From NCBI GenBank assembly GCA_015680685.1, contig MNCI01002043.1, positions 115,605 to 179,604 on the forward strand: a DNA stretch of 64,000 bases, given 5' to 3'. The notes beneath the pieces are model-generated. The model ran no database searches, was not told the DNA's origin, and saw only the letters and a program-made list of their open reading frames with translations. Made by a program: the position numbers and the translations under genes. The number at the start of each line of letters is the position of its first letter. Position 1 is the stretch's first letter. The DNA comes from Gnetum montanum. Its lineage: Eukaryota; Plantae; Gnetophyta. Shown one piece after another: positions 50,301 through 64,000 of the stretch.

Positions 50301-53300
50301 GAAAAACACTCAACTGACAATTTGACAAAGGGAGAATAATTTGAGGGTAGGAATAAAAGAGTGTGAGGTATCAAAATAGTAAAAACCTGGGAAGCTCGTC
50401 AGGATAACACGAGGGAAAGTAATAATGCACAAAAGTGAAGAGGGTATATAGTTAGGGAAAGGTGGAATGATAGACATTAAGTTACAGTGGAAGGTGCATA
50501 AATCGGGTGGTATTGAAAAACAAGTAAAAGACACAAGAGTTACATAAGTGGATCCTCCCCAAGGCAGGTGCATGCCCATGATGCCCTTGCATAACCATGC
50601 CAGAAGGTGTCAATAGGCACCTAAGGTGTTAAATGTGATTGATACCTATCATAAAACAACACACAAACAAACAAACAAAAAAATACACCACTATTAGTAG
50701 AGAATTATGACTATGTACATTCAAATCATAAATGAGAACACAATGAACAGTGAGGTGAGGAATGGAAAGCATGGTGGAAAGAGAGAACACAAAATGGACT
50801 ACCAATATGGAGGTCGTATGAAGCCCCTTGTGTGTTTAGTGGTTGAGGTGACTTGACAGCAACCAACCTGAATCCAGACCAAAAACAACCACATCCAATG
50901 ACCTCGCATCAACACACCTAAATAATCCATCCCCTTAGGCAACAAGGGTGTTATCATAGATCAACCACCATTCCACCAAAAAGAAGAAAAGAGTAACAGG
51001 AAGTGCGGAAGGACCTTAGTTAGAGGGAACCTTCAGGCATGGGTATATGTCTTTCAAGTTCTATAACCAGTGCTTGTAGCTCATACTCCATTATTACGTC
51101 TAAGGGGTGTGCTTTGAATTCCCATCAGTTTTTTTTTTGATTTTTGCATTTTTTGGCTTTTTGGATGGAACCACACCATGCAAAGACTTATTTAACTTGG
51201 TCAACTTCCTGGTGGTGTTTGGTGGTGGAATGACAGAAAACCGATGACAACATCCATGCATCTAAGAGAATAAACCAGCACAAGTGCATCAAATCCCCTT
51301 GAAGTTACACCCTTGTCAATTCCTTTGAATCCTTCTTCAGGGTGGAGGATACCAAGCCATAAATTCATTATAGTTTGATTAGAAGAGGGGCTCCATCCTT
51401 CCAAAATAGAGGGAAACCATAGAATTAAGCAGATGGATGGATGACGTGGACTCACCGTTTGCACAATTGAACATTTATGATAGAAACAACATAGAAACAA
51501 ATCCCTACCCCAAGTGGACCAAAGTAAAGCTTGCTTATTGATCAAGAACATTTAGGAATGGTAAAAAAAATAAATCAAAACAAAACAAAAACAAAAACAA
51601 AAGAAAATAAAAGAAAACAAAAAAAAAGAAAAAGGAGGATTAGTTCATGGTTAGAAAGGAAGATAGCCCCGAGGACTATGCATTGGAGGGTGATACGAAC
51701 TAGCAAAAGCATCCATGCATTGTGGATATGTGGTATAGGGCATGCTTCCTAGTGGTGTCACACACATGGCATAAGGGTTGGGTTGGTATGCTGGTGTGAA
51801 AGATGGGATAGCTTGAAATGTTCCTGGCATCCAACTGAGGTCGTGACAACTCGATGGCATGCATGGATTCTATTGTCTCAGCATAAAATTGAAATCCACG
51901 ATAGTGGTCAAAATAGAAGTAGAGACAATAGGCGACTTTGGTATATGTACAGAAGGTGGTAGATCCAAAGGAAGGGATATGTCACTAGATTGCCCTTGTG
52001 CAGGAGTAGTAGATACAATGGGTGATGCTTGGCCTTTATGTTTTTTGGTGTGAATCGTCTTGAAGAAGGGACGTTTGTGTGGCCATAAAGGGTTTCCACC
52101 AGATTGATCATTGCTATGTACAGTTGCTACACAAGTAGCCACTTGTGGCTGTAAAGGATGTTGTGCTGAACCCTTCGGAATGGATGATGATGTGTGGAGG
52201 GGAAAAACATGAGAGCTTGGAAAAGATGACGGAGGATATGTGGCATGTGATGGGAGATGGCATGTAGGGATGGTGTCCTAGTGAGTGGTACACATGAGGT
52301 GAAGAAGAAGAAGATGAATGGAAACTTGTCAGCAAATCAGACTGTTGAATGTAGTACTCACATGAGTATGAATAGTGAGATGGCTACCAAGTGGGTGATT
52401 ACCTCCCCCATGACTGTGGTGGTTACCATGATGGTTGAGGTTGACCATAAGGCTAAGGATGGTTCTTACCCACATGGTTATAGGATGGACCATAGCTGCG
52501 TGGATGGAAAGGTATTCTTCTGGGCTTGTGTTGGTGTAAGAACTTCGGATTTAGCGTAGAAGCCCAATGCTCTTTGAGATGTGATAATGTTGGGCATGCC
52601 CTTTGGATGATCATAAAGGCAAAGGTCACATTCCTCATCCTTGTTTGTAGTGGAGTTATTTGCCTTGTTGTCAATAGTAGTGTATTTGTCTCATTGGCCT
52701 TTCATCTCACTTATTTCGCGATTTGTTCCTTTATGTTGAGATTCTTCACCAAGACTGTGTTGTGCCACACTCACTTCAGTAGGCTTGGCATATGATGAAG
52801 CACTATCTTGAAGCCATGTAGACATTATATTCAACCTTGCATGGAATTCATCAATCAGTTGTTGTATTGGCAAGGGATGTTGGGACATCTCCCTATGGAA
52901 AGTTGCCTTATCTTGGTCAGTGATCATTTCTGTTACAAACGTTGATTCCCGTTGGTGGTTTTCCAAACTTTGTTGTTTACATAACTCCCCTTCTTCTTTA
53001 GAAACCCATTGAATTAGCCTTAAAACCTAATGACCTTCTAATTTGTGTAATTGACCCTTAGTGTATGTTCCAAGGGTTTCTTGTGTTTAAGTCTGAAGCC
53101 CATCTATGATGTGGTGAAGTTGTTTTTCCTGGGAGAAGCCATGGCCTGGACATTTATGCAATAAAGAGTAATAATGGTCTAGGGCCAAATCCAAGGGTTC
53201 ATATTCTATTTGTTGCCACTCCTGGATCTGTTTCCATAACTAGGACACTCTAGCATAAGTTTGGTACTTGTTGTTGAATAATTCTAACATCGTGGATCAA

Positions 53301-54887
53301 TGCTTAATAGAATTAGGTTTCAATGACTGATACCACATGATAGCTTGATTGACGAGTGTCCGTGGAAAGAGTTTTAACTTCTGCCACATGTTGTCAATGT
53401 TCTATAAGGTGCATGCATCATGGAAGGCTTTCAAATACTGTTGTAGATCAGAATTATAGCCTCCTCTAAACCTAGGGATATACTCCATTTTGATTCATCT
53501 GATACGACTATCCTGTTGATGCTTTTTGAGGATTCTAACAACCTCCTGAATGTTTGCTAAGCTTATAGTCGATAACAAGGGTCCACTTTCTCCATCAGAC
53601 ATTGCCATATATGGACGTTGAGTTGCATGAGTTTGATAACCCTATAGGTAGTTGGGATGATGATATGAGCATTGCGTTCTTCGATGTTTGTCATCGTGGT
53701 TTATGCCGTGATCATACCTATATCGGACATCATCTGTACAAGACATTACAAAGGAAGACAAAGTGAGATTAGGAGAAGGGTTGTGGATCCTATGCTTCTC
53801 CAATTCATCCCATGATGTATCATGACTTTGTGCTTGGAAAATTCTAGGCCTGAAAGTTCTTCCAACTCTAGGATGATCATTCCATTCTGTGTCACTATAT
53901 ATAACATTGGTTCACTAGAGAATAGTTTCACTACTAGATAAATCACTAATGTTGTGTGCATGAGAGATGTTGGAGATGCGTGTGTGACTTGTTACTCCTT
54001 GTTAAAAGATAGAGCATGGAAATGCCTACAACGAAGTTGTATGATATAACTATCTTAGATAATTAGCTCCATCCCCGGCAACGGCACCAATGATGAGCGG
54101 TGAGGTATCCCTATGCCCAACCATACAAATATGAACGCGTACGTGCGATTTGGTCAAACTTTGTGGATTAGCTAATTGTAAGTTCTAAGATAGTTATTGT
54201 GCTTCGTTGTTCGTTGTCTTCCCACGTCGAACTAGTGGAAGCTTTGTTACATATGGTTTAGTCCGAAGTGAGGTGTATGATGTAATGCTTTAATGCTACT
54301 CCTACTATGGAACAACAATAAAGAGTTGATTAACTAAAGGTATGAAATAAATCCTACATTTAACCTAAGGCGATGAGTATCTAAACCTGATTGTTTGTAC
54401 GCACCTTGGGCTTCACGTAGTTGCTGCTGGGATTACCAAATGCTAATCGTTACTGGGTTACCAGGCAATATGCTTATGTGTTCACAATTGGTCGTACTCA
54501 TTCCGCTTAATGACAAGGAATGTAAATAACATTAGTTGGAAACAGTAATAAATAAAGACATCAAAATTTTAATCTAGGAAAATCACAAATGCAAAGTGGA
54601 TGCTGCAATGATGTAAATGATCTCGATCTTTATTGCCGAACATATAATGTGCCCAAGTACATTGCACTCGAATAAGGACGTTGTGCAATCATAAACATCA
54701 CACTATGGGCATACACTGGAACTAAAATTGGAAAACTTCTAACTAACTCTCTCTCTTCTATCTCTCCCCTATGTGATATTTATAAGCGAGCATGGAAGAA
54801 ATGACATCAGATATCTGACATCGCCTACTGATCCTGATATCGAATCCTCGATATTGAAGCCCCGATATCACTTCTAACAACTCAGCA
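47350..54887 (-). mobile_element. Complete pol-less Athila-like LTR element, copy C
   Basis: Two 797-bp LTRs (47350-48146, 54091-54887); perfect TSD CAATG; PBS TTGGTGCCGTTGCCGGGGA (tRNA-Asp type); PPT at 48147; decayed gag about 53750-52550; Pro-rich tail; ORF2 49755-48289. Confidence 0.92.
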
Positions 54888-57800
54888 CAATGTCTATGCC
54901 TTATAAAACATAGAGAATGATTGGCAAAAACTCAATTATTCCCAATGACACTTATTAGAGAAGCGAAGAGCTGGTATTGATCCTTGGAACCAAAATCTAT
55001 TAGAAGATGGAGGACAATGTTGGAGCTATTGAATGACAAATACCAAATGCTCTCCAACGTATCCAACTTGAGGAACCAAATTTAAAGATGAAAGTAGAGT
55101 AATCATGAATTTCTTGATGTAGCCTTGGGTAGATACTACTCATTATTGCACAGGTTCCTAGGCTATGGCTTCTTCCAAAGGGAACAGCTAAGACATATCA
55201 TAGATGTGCTTAGGAACTAAATAAGGCATACTCTTAGGATCTATGCCCAAGCGAGACTTTCAAAAATGAGGGTCCATTTGATCCAAAGGTTAATTAATCA
55301 AGTTGTGAAAGAGGAAGGAGAATTAAAGAAGAGGAAAAGTACAAATAAATACAATAGAGATCCCTCTTTTCAAAAAGGGGGTGTACATGCTTATCATGCA
55401 TGAGAGGATGAAAACCCAATGGAGGAAATGATTTAATGAAAAACTTTGCTAACAAAACATTTATTTCAAATATTGCAACAAAGATGGAAAAGATGTAGAA
55501 CTCAGTGGATGAAAATTTCACAACTACACTCAAAATAGTAGAGGAGAAAACATAGTAGGCCTTTAAACAAGACAAAGATAAGAAAATGAAGAAAGCAATA
55601 GAAAAGAACATGTATGGGCAAAAAGGCAAGATTGCTATTGCAAAAGAGGTTACTAAGTTAGATTTAATTAATGATGATAGACATGACTTGTAATAGTATA
55701 AACAACCTAAGGGATGTTGCTATGCAATGTCACATTTACAAAGATTAAAGACATATGCTTTGAACTCCAAGTTCATGGAAATGTAAATGTCCATGAGATT
55801 GGTTTATTCATAAGGCAACTACAAGTAGTTTTACAACTAATAATACTACCAAGGTATATATCTTCCTAAACCTCCAGAGTAGTACTATTAGTAGTGGCAA
55901 AACCCACATTCATGCGGATGCTACTACTAAGGTAGCATTATCCTTTTAGGTAGCAATATCCATATAATTATCATCTCTAACAATATGTCTTACCTAGTGG
56001 TGCAACTACTTAAACTCAGCCCTTCAACTATTATTATCCATCTAAATACCACAAACCTTATACTTTAAGATTTAAATCACACTCCTATCTTGCACATATA
56101 CCTCCTATGCATCCTTAACCATTACATACTCCTCTTCCTCGAGCACCACCTCCACAAATATTGGGTGAGATAATACCTCATCAGCCATACCTGAAAAATG
56201 CTACGAGAGTAATGAATATACAAGTGGATGAAAATTCAAGTGATTCCAAGTGCAAGTTGTAGAAATACCTTTTTTTTCAACTTAGCAATTCACCTAAACC
56301 CATGCAAGCATTAGTGGCTCCAATCACTCACTTGATCCTTCTTCAAATCAAAGCTCAAATGTACAAACTATCATGTTAACTCATACTATCACTAATTGGG
56401 TTAGAGCAAGTAACCTTCCTAGGAAAAGAATTAATCCTAGAAGCACTCCAAATTTATTTATAGTCTGTAAAAAGTACACCATGCAAGGCTTTGTTGGACT
56501 TAAGTTTTGATGTGAACATAATTGTTCAAAAAATGTACAAAGCATAGAACTTGCCAACACTCAAAAAATGCAACATCAAATTAAAACTTGCAAACTAGTC
56601 CATCATTGTTCCTTTGGAATAGGTAAAGGACATTGTGACAATCATTAGTGGATTGTCCTATCTAGTAACTTTCCTAGTAATTCATGTAGAAAATTTCAAA
56701 TAGGAGTTTTCCATTATTAAGGAAAAAGCTTGGCTAAGCATAGTTGATGCCAATTTAGGAATTAGGGACATGTCCTTAGAAATTTCCAAGGAAAACAAAA
56801 ATGAATAGATTGAGAAGAAAAGATTTCCATGCATTTCATAGAGTGATGCAAGATTCAACTACATGCAAAGAGCTTGGATAGTAAAACAAAAAAACATCAC
56901 CTTATGCAGTTCATGTTTAGAGACAATGTGTGTGCAAAAGTTCTTTAATATAACCAATAGAAGTTGAAAATAGGAGGTGACAAAAGGAAAAAGAATACCT
57001 TAAATAAAATAGTTAGAAGTGATTTTAAAAATATAAAAGAAAAAACTATAAAGTTAATACAAAGTTAACTATGATGTTTATAATTGTTAATTATTACAAC
57101 ATAATATGCCTTTGTGGATTTTAATTTTGGAAATAGGAAAATGAGAATAATGTGAAAATTTGATGACATTTGGTTATGATAAAGAATAAATCTAAGGAGA
57201 TTCTTCAACATCATTAATACTACAATGGGTGTCTTTTATAAAGTTATACCCCTTGGGACATATAATCAACATGGTGCTTTATTACAATTCCCAAGTAGCC
57301 ACTAGCTCACCCCTAGCCTCTATTGCTGCTAAAGCTCACTATATCTTTTGTATCTTCCTCATGAATCTTAGTCCTGAGGGAGATACCCATCCTAATTGAA
57401 ATATTACAAGGACAAATTTTTACCTTTTTGTTCTACACTTTTTTCTAAATTTTACATTTCTTTACATTTTCTAAGTTATTGTTATTTTTCCTATTTCTTA
57501 TTATATTTTTCATTTCTTAATATTTCTACATTTTTGTATATATTTCCTATTTTCTCTTAGTCATTTTATTTATGCTGCGAATTAGTTACAATGTTTTTAA
57601 TAATAAAGTTACCACTTATATGCAGGATTCAACTTCTTTATTGATATTATGTTTTATGCTCTTAAAATTATTGAAGGATTAATTATGCAAAGCAATAAGA
57701 CCATAACATCCATTCCACTATTTCTATGGTTAAGAGGTCCTTCTCATGGGTGTAATATGGTTTTTATCACATTTTAAACTAAAAATAATCCATGTTCACC

Positions 57801-58449
57801 AAGCCTTTAAGAAAGGAGGAAGAACCTAGAGAGTTGAAAAAGGGTATGACATCAAAGGAATTTGTTGATTTTTAAAACTTTCTCTATGGGTTCCATGACT
57901 ACATTTGAATATGTTATCATTCATGTTTTAAGTGTTTGGAGAATATATTCTTATAACAATTTATTATCTGACTATAATACCGAAAAGACATATCACTCAT
58001 GGTAGTTTTTTGGTAAGGATAATAAAATAATAAATAATTAATTAACATACACTAAAATCATTCTTCAAATACCATTAGAAAGACATGTAACCCAAGCTTG
58101 AAAGCACCCGTCTAAGCAATGGCCAAGGCCAATAGCTTATATGTTAATAATTAATTAATTATTCTACAAAATCTAATGTATATTTTCCAATTCTCCTTAT
58201 TTAAGTGACAGTATTTTGATGTGTTTAAGGATGGTCTTATGGTAATGGTTCTAAGATGACACAATATGATAAGATTTGGTTTGGAATCTTGACTAATAGG
58301 TTTGTTGATTATCTTAACCATGTGTTACAAAAGGATCCATTATGAACATAATAAGGTACCTCACATCTGAATTTTTACAATTCCTTTGGACTCCACTACA
58401 TCTTACTCCTTTGTATAATTATGAATTTAATGATGTTGTTTATTATAGT

Positions 58450-59320
58450 TGATAAAGTCCATTTTTCACCATTGCAATATTGTATCTATGATATCGTAGC
58501 TTGTCCTATGTCATTGTTGATGCAATGTCTTAAGATCTGTGTAGCCCTATAAGTACCAATACTTGGGCACACAAATGACACTTCGATTCCAACATTTAGC
58601 TAGGTTCTTATAGTTTTTTTTCATAGTTTTAGTAATCATGTGAATGCCCATAGTGTGGTGTCAAGCAGTTGATTGGCATCTTTATTCGAGTAAATTGTAC
58701 TTGGACACAGTTTATGTGTGGCAATAAAGATCAAAGCTATTTCTCATCATTGCAACATTCCTTAGTTTTCTTTATGTTTTACTTAGACTAATTTCTTATT
58801 TTATGTGGAATAATTTCTTACTTTTCTTTATTTAACACTTTACATTTTCAAGCACTTTCTTTTACATGTTATTAGTAAGCAGAGTGGGTACGATTGGTTT
58901 CAAGTGTTAAGTATAATTATCTAGTAATCCAGTACTGGCATTGCTTGATTTGCTCAGTAGTAATACCAGTGATACCTACATGAGTCCAAGACATGATTGG
59001 TAAACCAAAACTAGATATCCATTGCTCTACGCTAGAATAGATTGGTATTTTCATTGTTATTATACTTAGACTTCTAATATCATTTTAATCGTGTTTACCG
59101 CTAGAAGCATTAAGAGCCCTACAACATCATCCATCACATGCCTCACTAAGTGTTAAACCATATGTTAAGATTGCACTAACTTGAAGTGGGAAGACAATGA
59201 TCGCAAACTTAACATCAACTACTAGCATAATTACATTGTCCATCCATGGATTACGATTTGGTCATGCATAGACACTTGTGACTTGTATGGTAGAGTGTTG
59301 CAATACACCACTGCTCATCA
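58450..59320 (+). mobile_element. Solo LTR of the Athila-like family
   Basis: TGATAAAG...CTCATCA termini, TSD ATAGT/ATAGC. Confidence 0.75.
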
Positions 59321-60390
59321 ATAGCGCAAGGTTTTAGAAATGATATTTGCATGTGTGTTGGAATAATGGCTAGATCAACATTCAATTTCATAAGTACCTA
59401 TATATGCTTAGTGAGATGGTTATATAAGGGCATTATAGTCAAGTGTTTACTTTTGGGAGAACCAACTTATATAGGTCATAGGGATCATAATTCCAGCCAA
59501 CTCCACACTTCTCATATATCAAGCTCTACTCTCTTTATCGTTATGCATCATTCCTTAACAAATTCTTCAAAATTTTGTTTGAATTTTACATTAAAAGCTC
59601 TTTGAAAACATCACATTTTAGTTAATTCTAAGGCTTCAATCTATGTCAAATTCAATACATCTTTCATGGCTTCAATCCTTTAAGACAGCTCCAATTTGGC
59701 CTAGAAATCCTCAAAAATCTTAAGAAAATTAGGCCAAATAAAGCAATTTTTTTTTGGTTTTTAGCCTCATTAATGCCATAACATTAATTTAGTGGCTTTT
59801 TCAATGCATCATAGCAATGCATGATACTAGATAAAAATAATATATATATGCATCATCGTTAGCCAATATTGTCATCATTCTTTAGTTACACAAATGGAAC
59901 TTTTGTCATTTTTCAAAAGTCATATCTCTTATGAGTTATATCTTGTAATATAGATCTTCAATCAAACCCATTCAAAAACCTATGAGCTCTTGGAATTAAG
60001 TTGTACATCATAGGGATAGTTAACTAGTGATTTAAATATTTTTGAAAAACCCATTTTTTGATCACCTAAGCAATGCTAAAAATAATTAAAATTGACTAAA
60101 AATTAAGATGATTTAGCTATCTTAGGATCTCTGAATCATCACCATGAAGCTACCAAAGGGCTTAAATGCTAAATTTTTTGAAAATCAATCTAACACAAAG
60201 ACTAGTTAAGATTAAACCCATCATAAGATATTTTAGAACCAACAATTGATCATTAATGTAATTGTAGATGGCACCGAAACATGTCCTAGAGATAGGAGGA
60301 CAATCATAACCTAGGAAGAAGATAATGAGAGGTGCACAAGGATGCGGTCATGGAAAAGCATAGAAATAAGAACTCATGCTATAGGGCTAG

Positions 60391-63300
60391 TGATGAGTGG
60401 CGAGGTACCCCTACACTCAACCATACGAATACGAGCGTTCATGCATGATTCGGTCAAACTCCGCAGACAGGCTAGTTGTGGTGTCTAGATAGTTACACAT
60501 TGATCGCAGTTCACTGTCTTTCCACCTAGACTAGTACTTGCTTTGTCACATATGGTTTAGTCTAGAGTGAGGTGTATATTGTGGTCGTAAACTAATGCTA
60601 CTCCTAGAGGCAATGGAAAATAACTTTGTTTTAAGCTAAGAGGGAGTGGGAGAAGAGAATCTAAGCTAGCCTAAGTATGATGAGCATCTATCCTTAATCA
60701 TCTGTACACATCTTGGACCTCATGTACTACTTCTGAGATTACCAAGCATATATTACTTGAGCACTCCTAGATACGCTACTAGGATACCAAGTAGTCACAC
60801 TTAAATGCTCGTGATTAACTCGTACTCATTCCGTGTTTAATAACAGGGATAGTAAATGAAGGGTAAGAAATATTAATTAGGAAAACAATAAATAACAATA
60901 ACAGTAAGCAATTAAAACTAAGTGAATGCTACAATGATGAAGTAATCTCAATATTTATTGCCAGTCATGTGCATGTCCAAGTACATCACACTCGAGTAAA
61001 GGTTCCATATAATTACAATCATCACACTATGGGCATGCATTGGGGAAAGAGTTGAGATGAATAAAAAATGAATAAAAAGACTCTACACTTACACCTACTA
61101 ACTCTAACACTGACTGACTCCCCTTCTTGTGCATCCAAAGGTGTATTTATAGGCTTACACAGGAGTCGTGATATTGTGCATCCGATATTATTATCCACGC
61201 CACGATATTGCGTATCCAATATCAAGGGTTTGCTATCAAGGGTCCGATATCAAGGGTTGATATCAGGGGTCTGATATCAAGGGTCCAATATCATGGGTCT
61301 GATATCAAGGGTCTGATATCAATACCTGACAAACCATGATTCATCATACCCCCATGACTGAATAACAACTCATCCTTGAGTCAAAGAAAGTGAGGAACAA
61401 GTTCATTCAATTACAAACAAGGGATAGGTATGAGATTATTGAATGACTATGGACTATTTCATTCCATAGTATGGGATTAAATAAAATTTGGACTCAGACA
61501 CAAAATACAAAACTTATGGAACTCATGGGGTTCTCGGTGGTGGTGGCTCCTCCATGGATGCCTCTCCTTTGTCCTGCACTCCAAACTTCTGAGATTGATA
61601 CCGTTGAAGAAGCGCCTAACATTTCTCCTCTTCTATCCGAGGATTATGAGCTGTCTATGCTAATGTTCTAATGTTTGATGTAGTCGGCACTTCCCATGGA
61701 CATGAAAACTGCGGGAACACTTGCTGGCCTTGACATGCCATGCCGCAAATAGTCGTCGTTCCTCTTCATAGGCTCGGGCCTTGACCTCTCCACCTTTTAC
61801 TTGGAAAGATTGTGCAGCAACAGGAGTTCCCTGATGGATGTTGAATGATTGTGCCTCCTGCTCTGCATGTTCTGCATGAGGTCCTTAGCCTCTACCTTCC
61901 CTTGGGCATTTAGTTGCACCTTGAGAAGGTCCTCCTTGTTGTCCTCTTTTAGGGGCCATCTATAATCACACAAAGATCAATTGTTTGTAAGGTTATTGAA
62001 AGAAGTTTAATTATTTCATACCTTACTCACTGCCTTTATTAAATGTTAAATTCTTTGCTTAGTGTGATTTTAGAGTTAGAAATTTTTTCAAGGAAGTTGC
62101 CCTAAAAGTTTAATGTCAGACTTAATTTGTTTAGGTGACATAGAAAAGGACATGTAATGGTTTTTAGGAATGTTTGATAAAATGATGACAAAGGAAAGAA
62201 TAGATTTGGCTATGAAGTACTTGGAGGGTATAAAATGATGTGGTGGTGTGCAACAAGTACAAATTACAAAATTCATGCAAGTGGATTCTTACCAAAGCAG
62301 GTTCCAACCTATAATGCCCTTGCATAACCACACCTTAAAATGTTCATAGGCACTAGAAGGGTTAAATATAATCCACACCAGTTCCACAAAACACACACAT
62401 GTAGATACCACCATGATGAGGTATGAATTCAATGGTACACAAGACACGAGTCACAAATACATGGAAAACAAGATGAGGCGAATTGTAGAAGGGATTGCAG
62501 AGATTGGGACATGAGGTAACTAACCTAGGGCATAATGAATCTTGAGTGTAGGATGTGATTAATGTGTCACTAGCCCATTGCTCCAAAAGCAAGAACAAGT
62601 CCATTCTTGCTATTAGTGAGATCGCATTGCTTCATCCGATGATGGAGAACCATAAGGGTATCATGACAGCAAGGCGTACAATCACTTGGCATTTTGTTCA
62701 AGGGAGGAGTGATTTGGAATTTGTGACACACACACTCTCTCTTTTTTTTAGATGCGTAATCTAGAGAAGCCGCCTACCTTTAGGCATGGGTGCATGTCTT
62801 TCTAGTGGGATCCCCTAGAATAGCATTGGATTTTTTTGAGTGCCTTTATTACTCTTACGCCCATTTTTTGTTAGATCTACAAGGATCTTAGTATAACCAG
62901 GCTGCATGATAACTCCTACATATGTCACCAAGGAGAATCCACAAGTCCCCTTGATGTCACACCCTAGTCATTCCCTCTTCGTCCATCCTTCTTCACTCTG
63001 GGCATAATGAGCAAAATTACTTTAAGTTTTAATGATGTCAAGAATATCATTGTACCCAGAGTAGGACCTCTTAGTAATAGAATGATTGGGTGGATGTGAT
63101 GGGCTCGCTATCCAAGTAATTAGTCACCTGAGACTTGATAGCATAGAACACCACCCCAACCAACGAGTCACATGAGTGTTTTATTCATAGATGAGATTAC
63201 CCATAAAAAGATAAAAAGATAAAACAATAAATAAAAAGATGAACCAATCAATAAAAAGATAAAACAAAAAATTAAAAGATGAAAAGCTTTAAAAACATTA

Positions 63301-64000
63301 TAAAATTAAAGAAAAGGAAAAACATTTATTACTTCTGTTTGTTAGAATGGGGGATATTCCACATAACTAAACTTTTAATCATAGCGAGAATTAATAAATG
63401 GAAGGGTTGGATCTATGCATTTCGGAAATATTGGGACTTGCTCATATCCAAACCACTGGGTTTCTTTTGATGTCATGGTTGGAATGTACTGAAATTGGGG
63501 TGCACACATTATATTAAAGTTGACATAGTGGGGCAAGTTAGAAGATGAGTTTAATTGATATGGAGTTGACCCATTATGGCACCCTTGACCATAAGATGGT
63601 ATGCAAGGATCGATATGTCTCCCTACGTGGCTATATTCATTGGGCTGCATGGTTGTTGGAGTATTGATTAGTGGCCCTGATAAGGTAACATGAGGGCAAA
63701 ACCTTCAGGAGAAAGATGTATCACAGTCTTGAACTTGTGCTGAGTGGGAGGATGCAGTGGTCTTGGAATTATACTGTCCCTTTCTATGGTTATGTCTACA
63801 AAAGGGATGCCTTTGATGTTGTGGAGGATTCCCATTGCGGTTGACAGTAGCAGCACAAGTAATGTTCGTGGGTTGATGTTGTGGTGCAAAACCTTCTGGT
63901 ACTATTGGTGGCAATGTAGAAGGAGGCAAAGGATGTGAATATTGAGGGTAAGGAGAAGTATAAGGAACATGAGGTGGTGATCTTGTGGGAGAGGACATGG
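60391..64000 (-). mobile_element. Athila-like copy D (3' LTR 60391-61346, PPT, short ORF2, spacer, Pro-rich tail), continues beyond the window
   Basis: Colinear with copy B over about 38770-41740; TGATGAG...TTCATCA LTR followed by TACCCCCATGA. Confidence 0.88.
61218..61322. repeat. 14-bp tandem array GATATCAAGGGTCY, about 7 units, in the U3 of copy D
   Basis: Read directly from the sequence. Confidence 0.9.

Larger units (their letters stand above)
45840..60390 (+). mobile_element. Old plus-strand copy E of the same family, host to copies C and D and a solo LTR
   Basis: LTR end ...CTAATCA at 46187; gag reads through when C is removed (NFPRF..QHHLQAFDNV|YAL..NDWQKL..FPMTL..AKSWY); ORF2 start at 60268. 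Confidence 0.7.

Noticed and set aside
61218-61322. CRISPR-like array
   Set aside because: Contiguous 14-bp tandem units without unique spacers, inside a plant LTR.

Overview
Eukaryotic, land-plant-type genomic DNA, AT-rich, with several assembly gaps. One host gene is supported: a multi-RRM nucleolar RNA-binding protein (RBM28/Nop4 orthologue) on the minus strand. I reconstructed 17 coding exons by hand (30422 to 6025, 2268 nt, 755 aa, all splice phases consistent, one GC-AG intron). Its sixth coding intron (10684-26579, 15.9 kb) is a transposon nest holding copia and LINE remnants, a long inverted-repeat element, an internally deleted chromovirus, and an L1 whose ORF2 appears fused to an unusual extra domain. 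The flanks (1-4.7 kb and 35-64 kb) are dominated by one Athila-like LTR family: two complete copies with target-site duplications (TSDs), two copies cut by the window edges, older host copies and three solo LTRs. No copy shows pol. They carry Gag plus a Pro-rich tail and a separate coiled-coil ORF2 whose ATG directly follows a splice-acceptor-like YAG. All family and domain assignments come from motif recognition by eye, not database searches.
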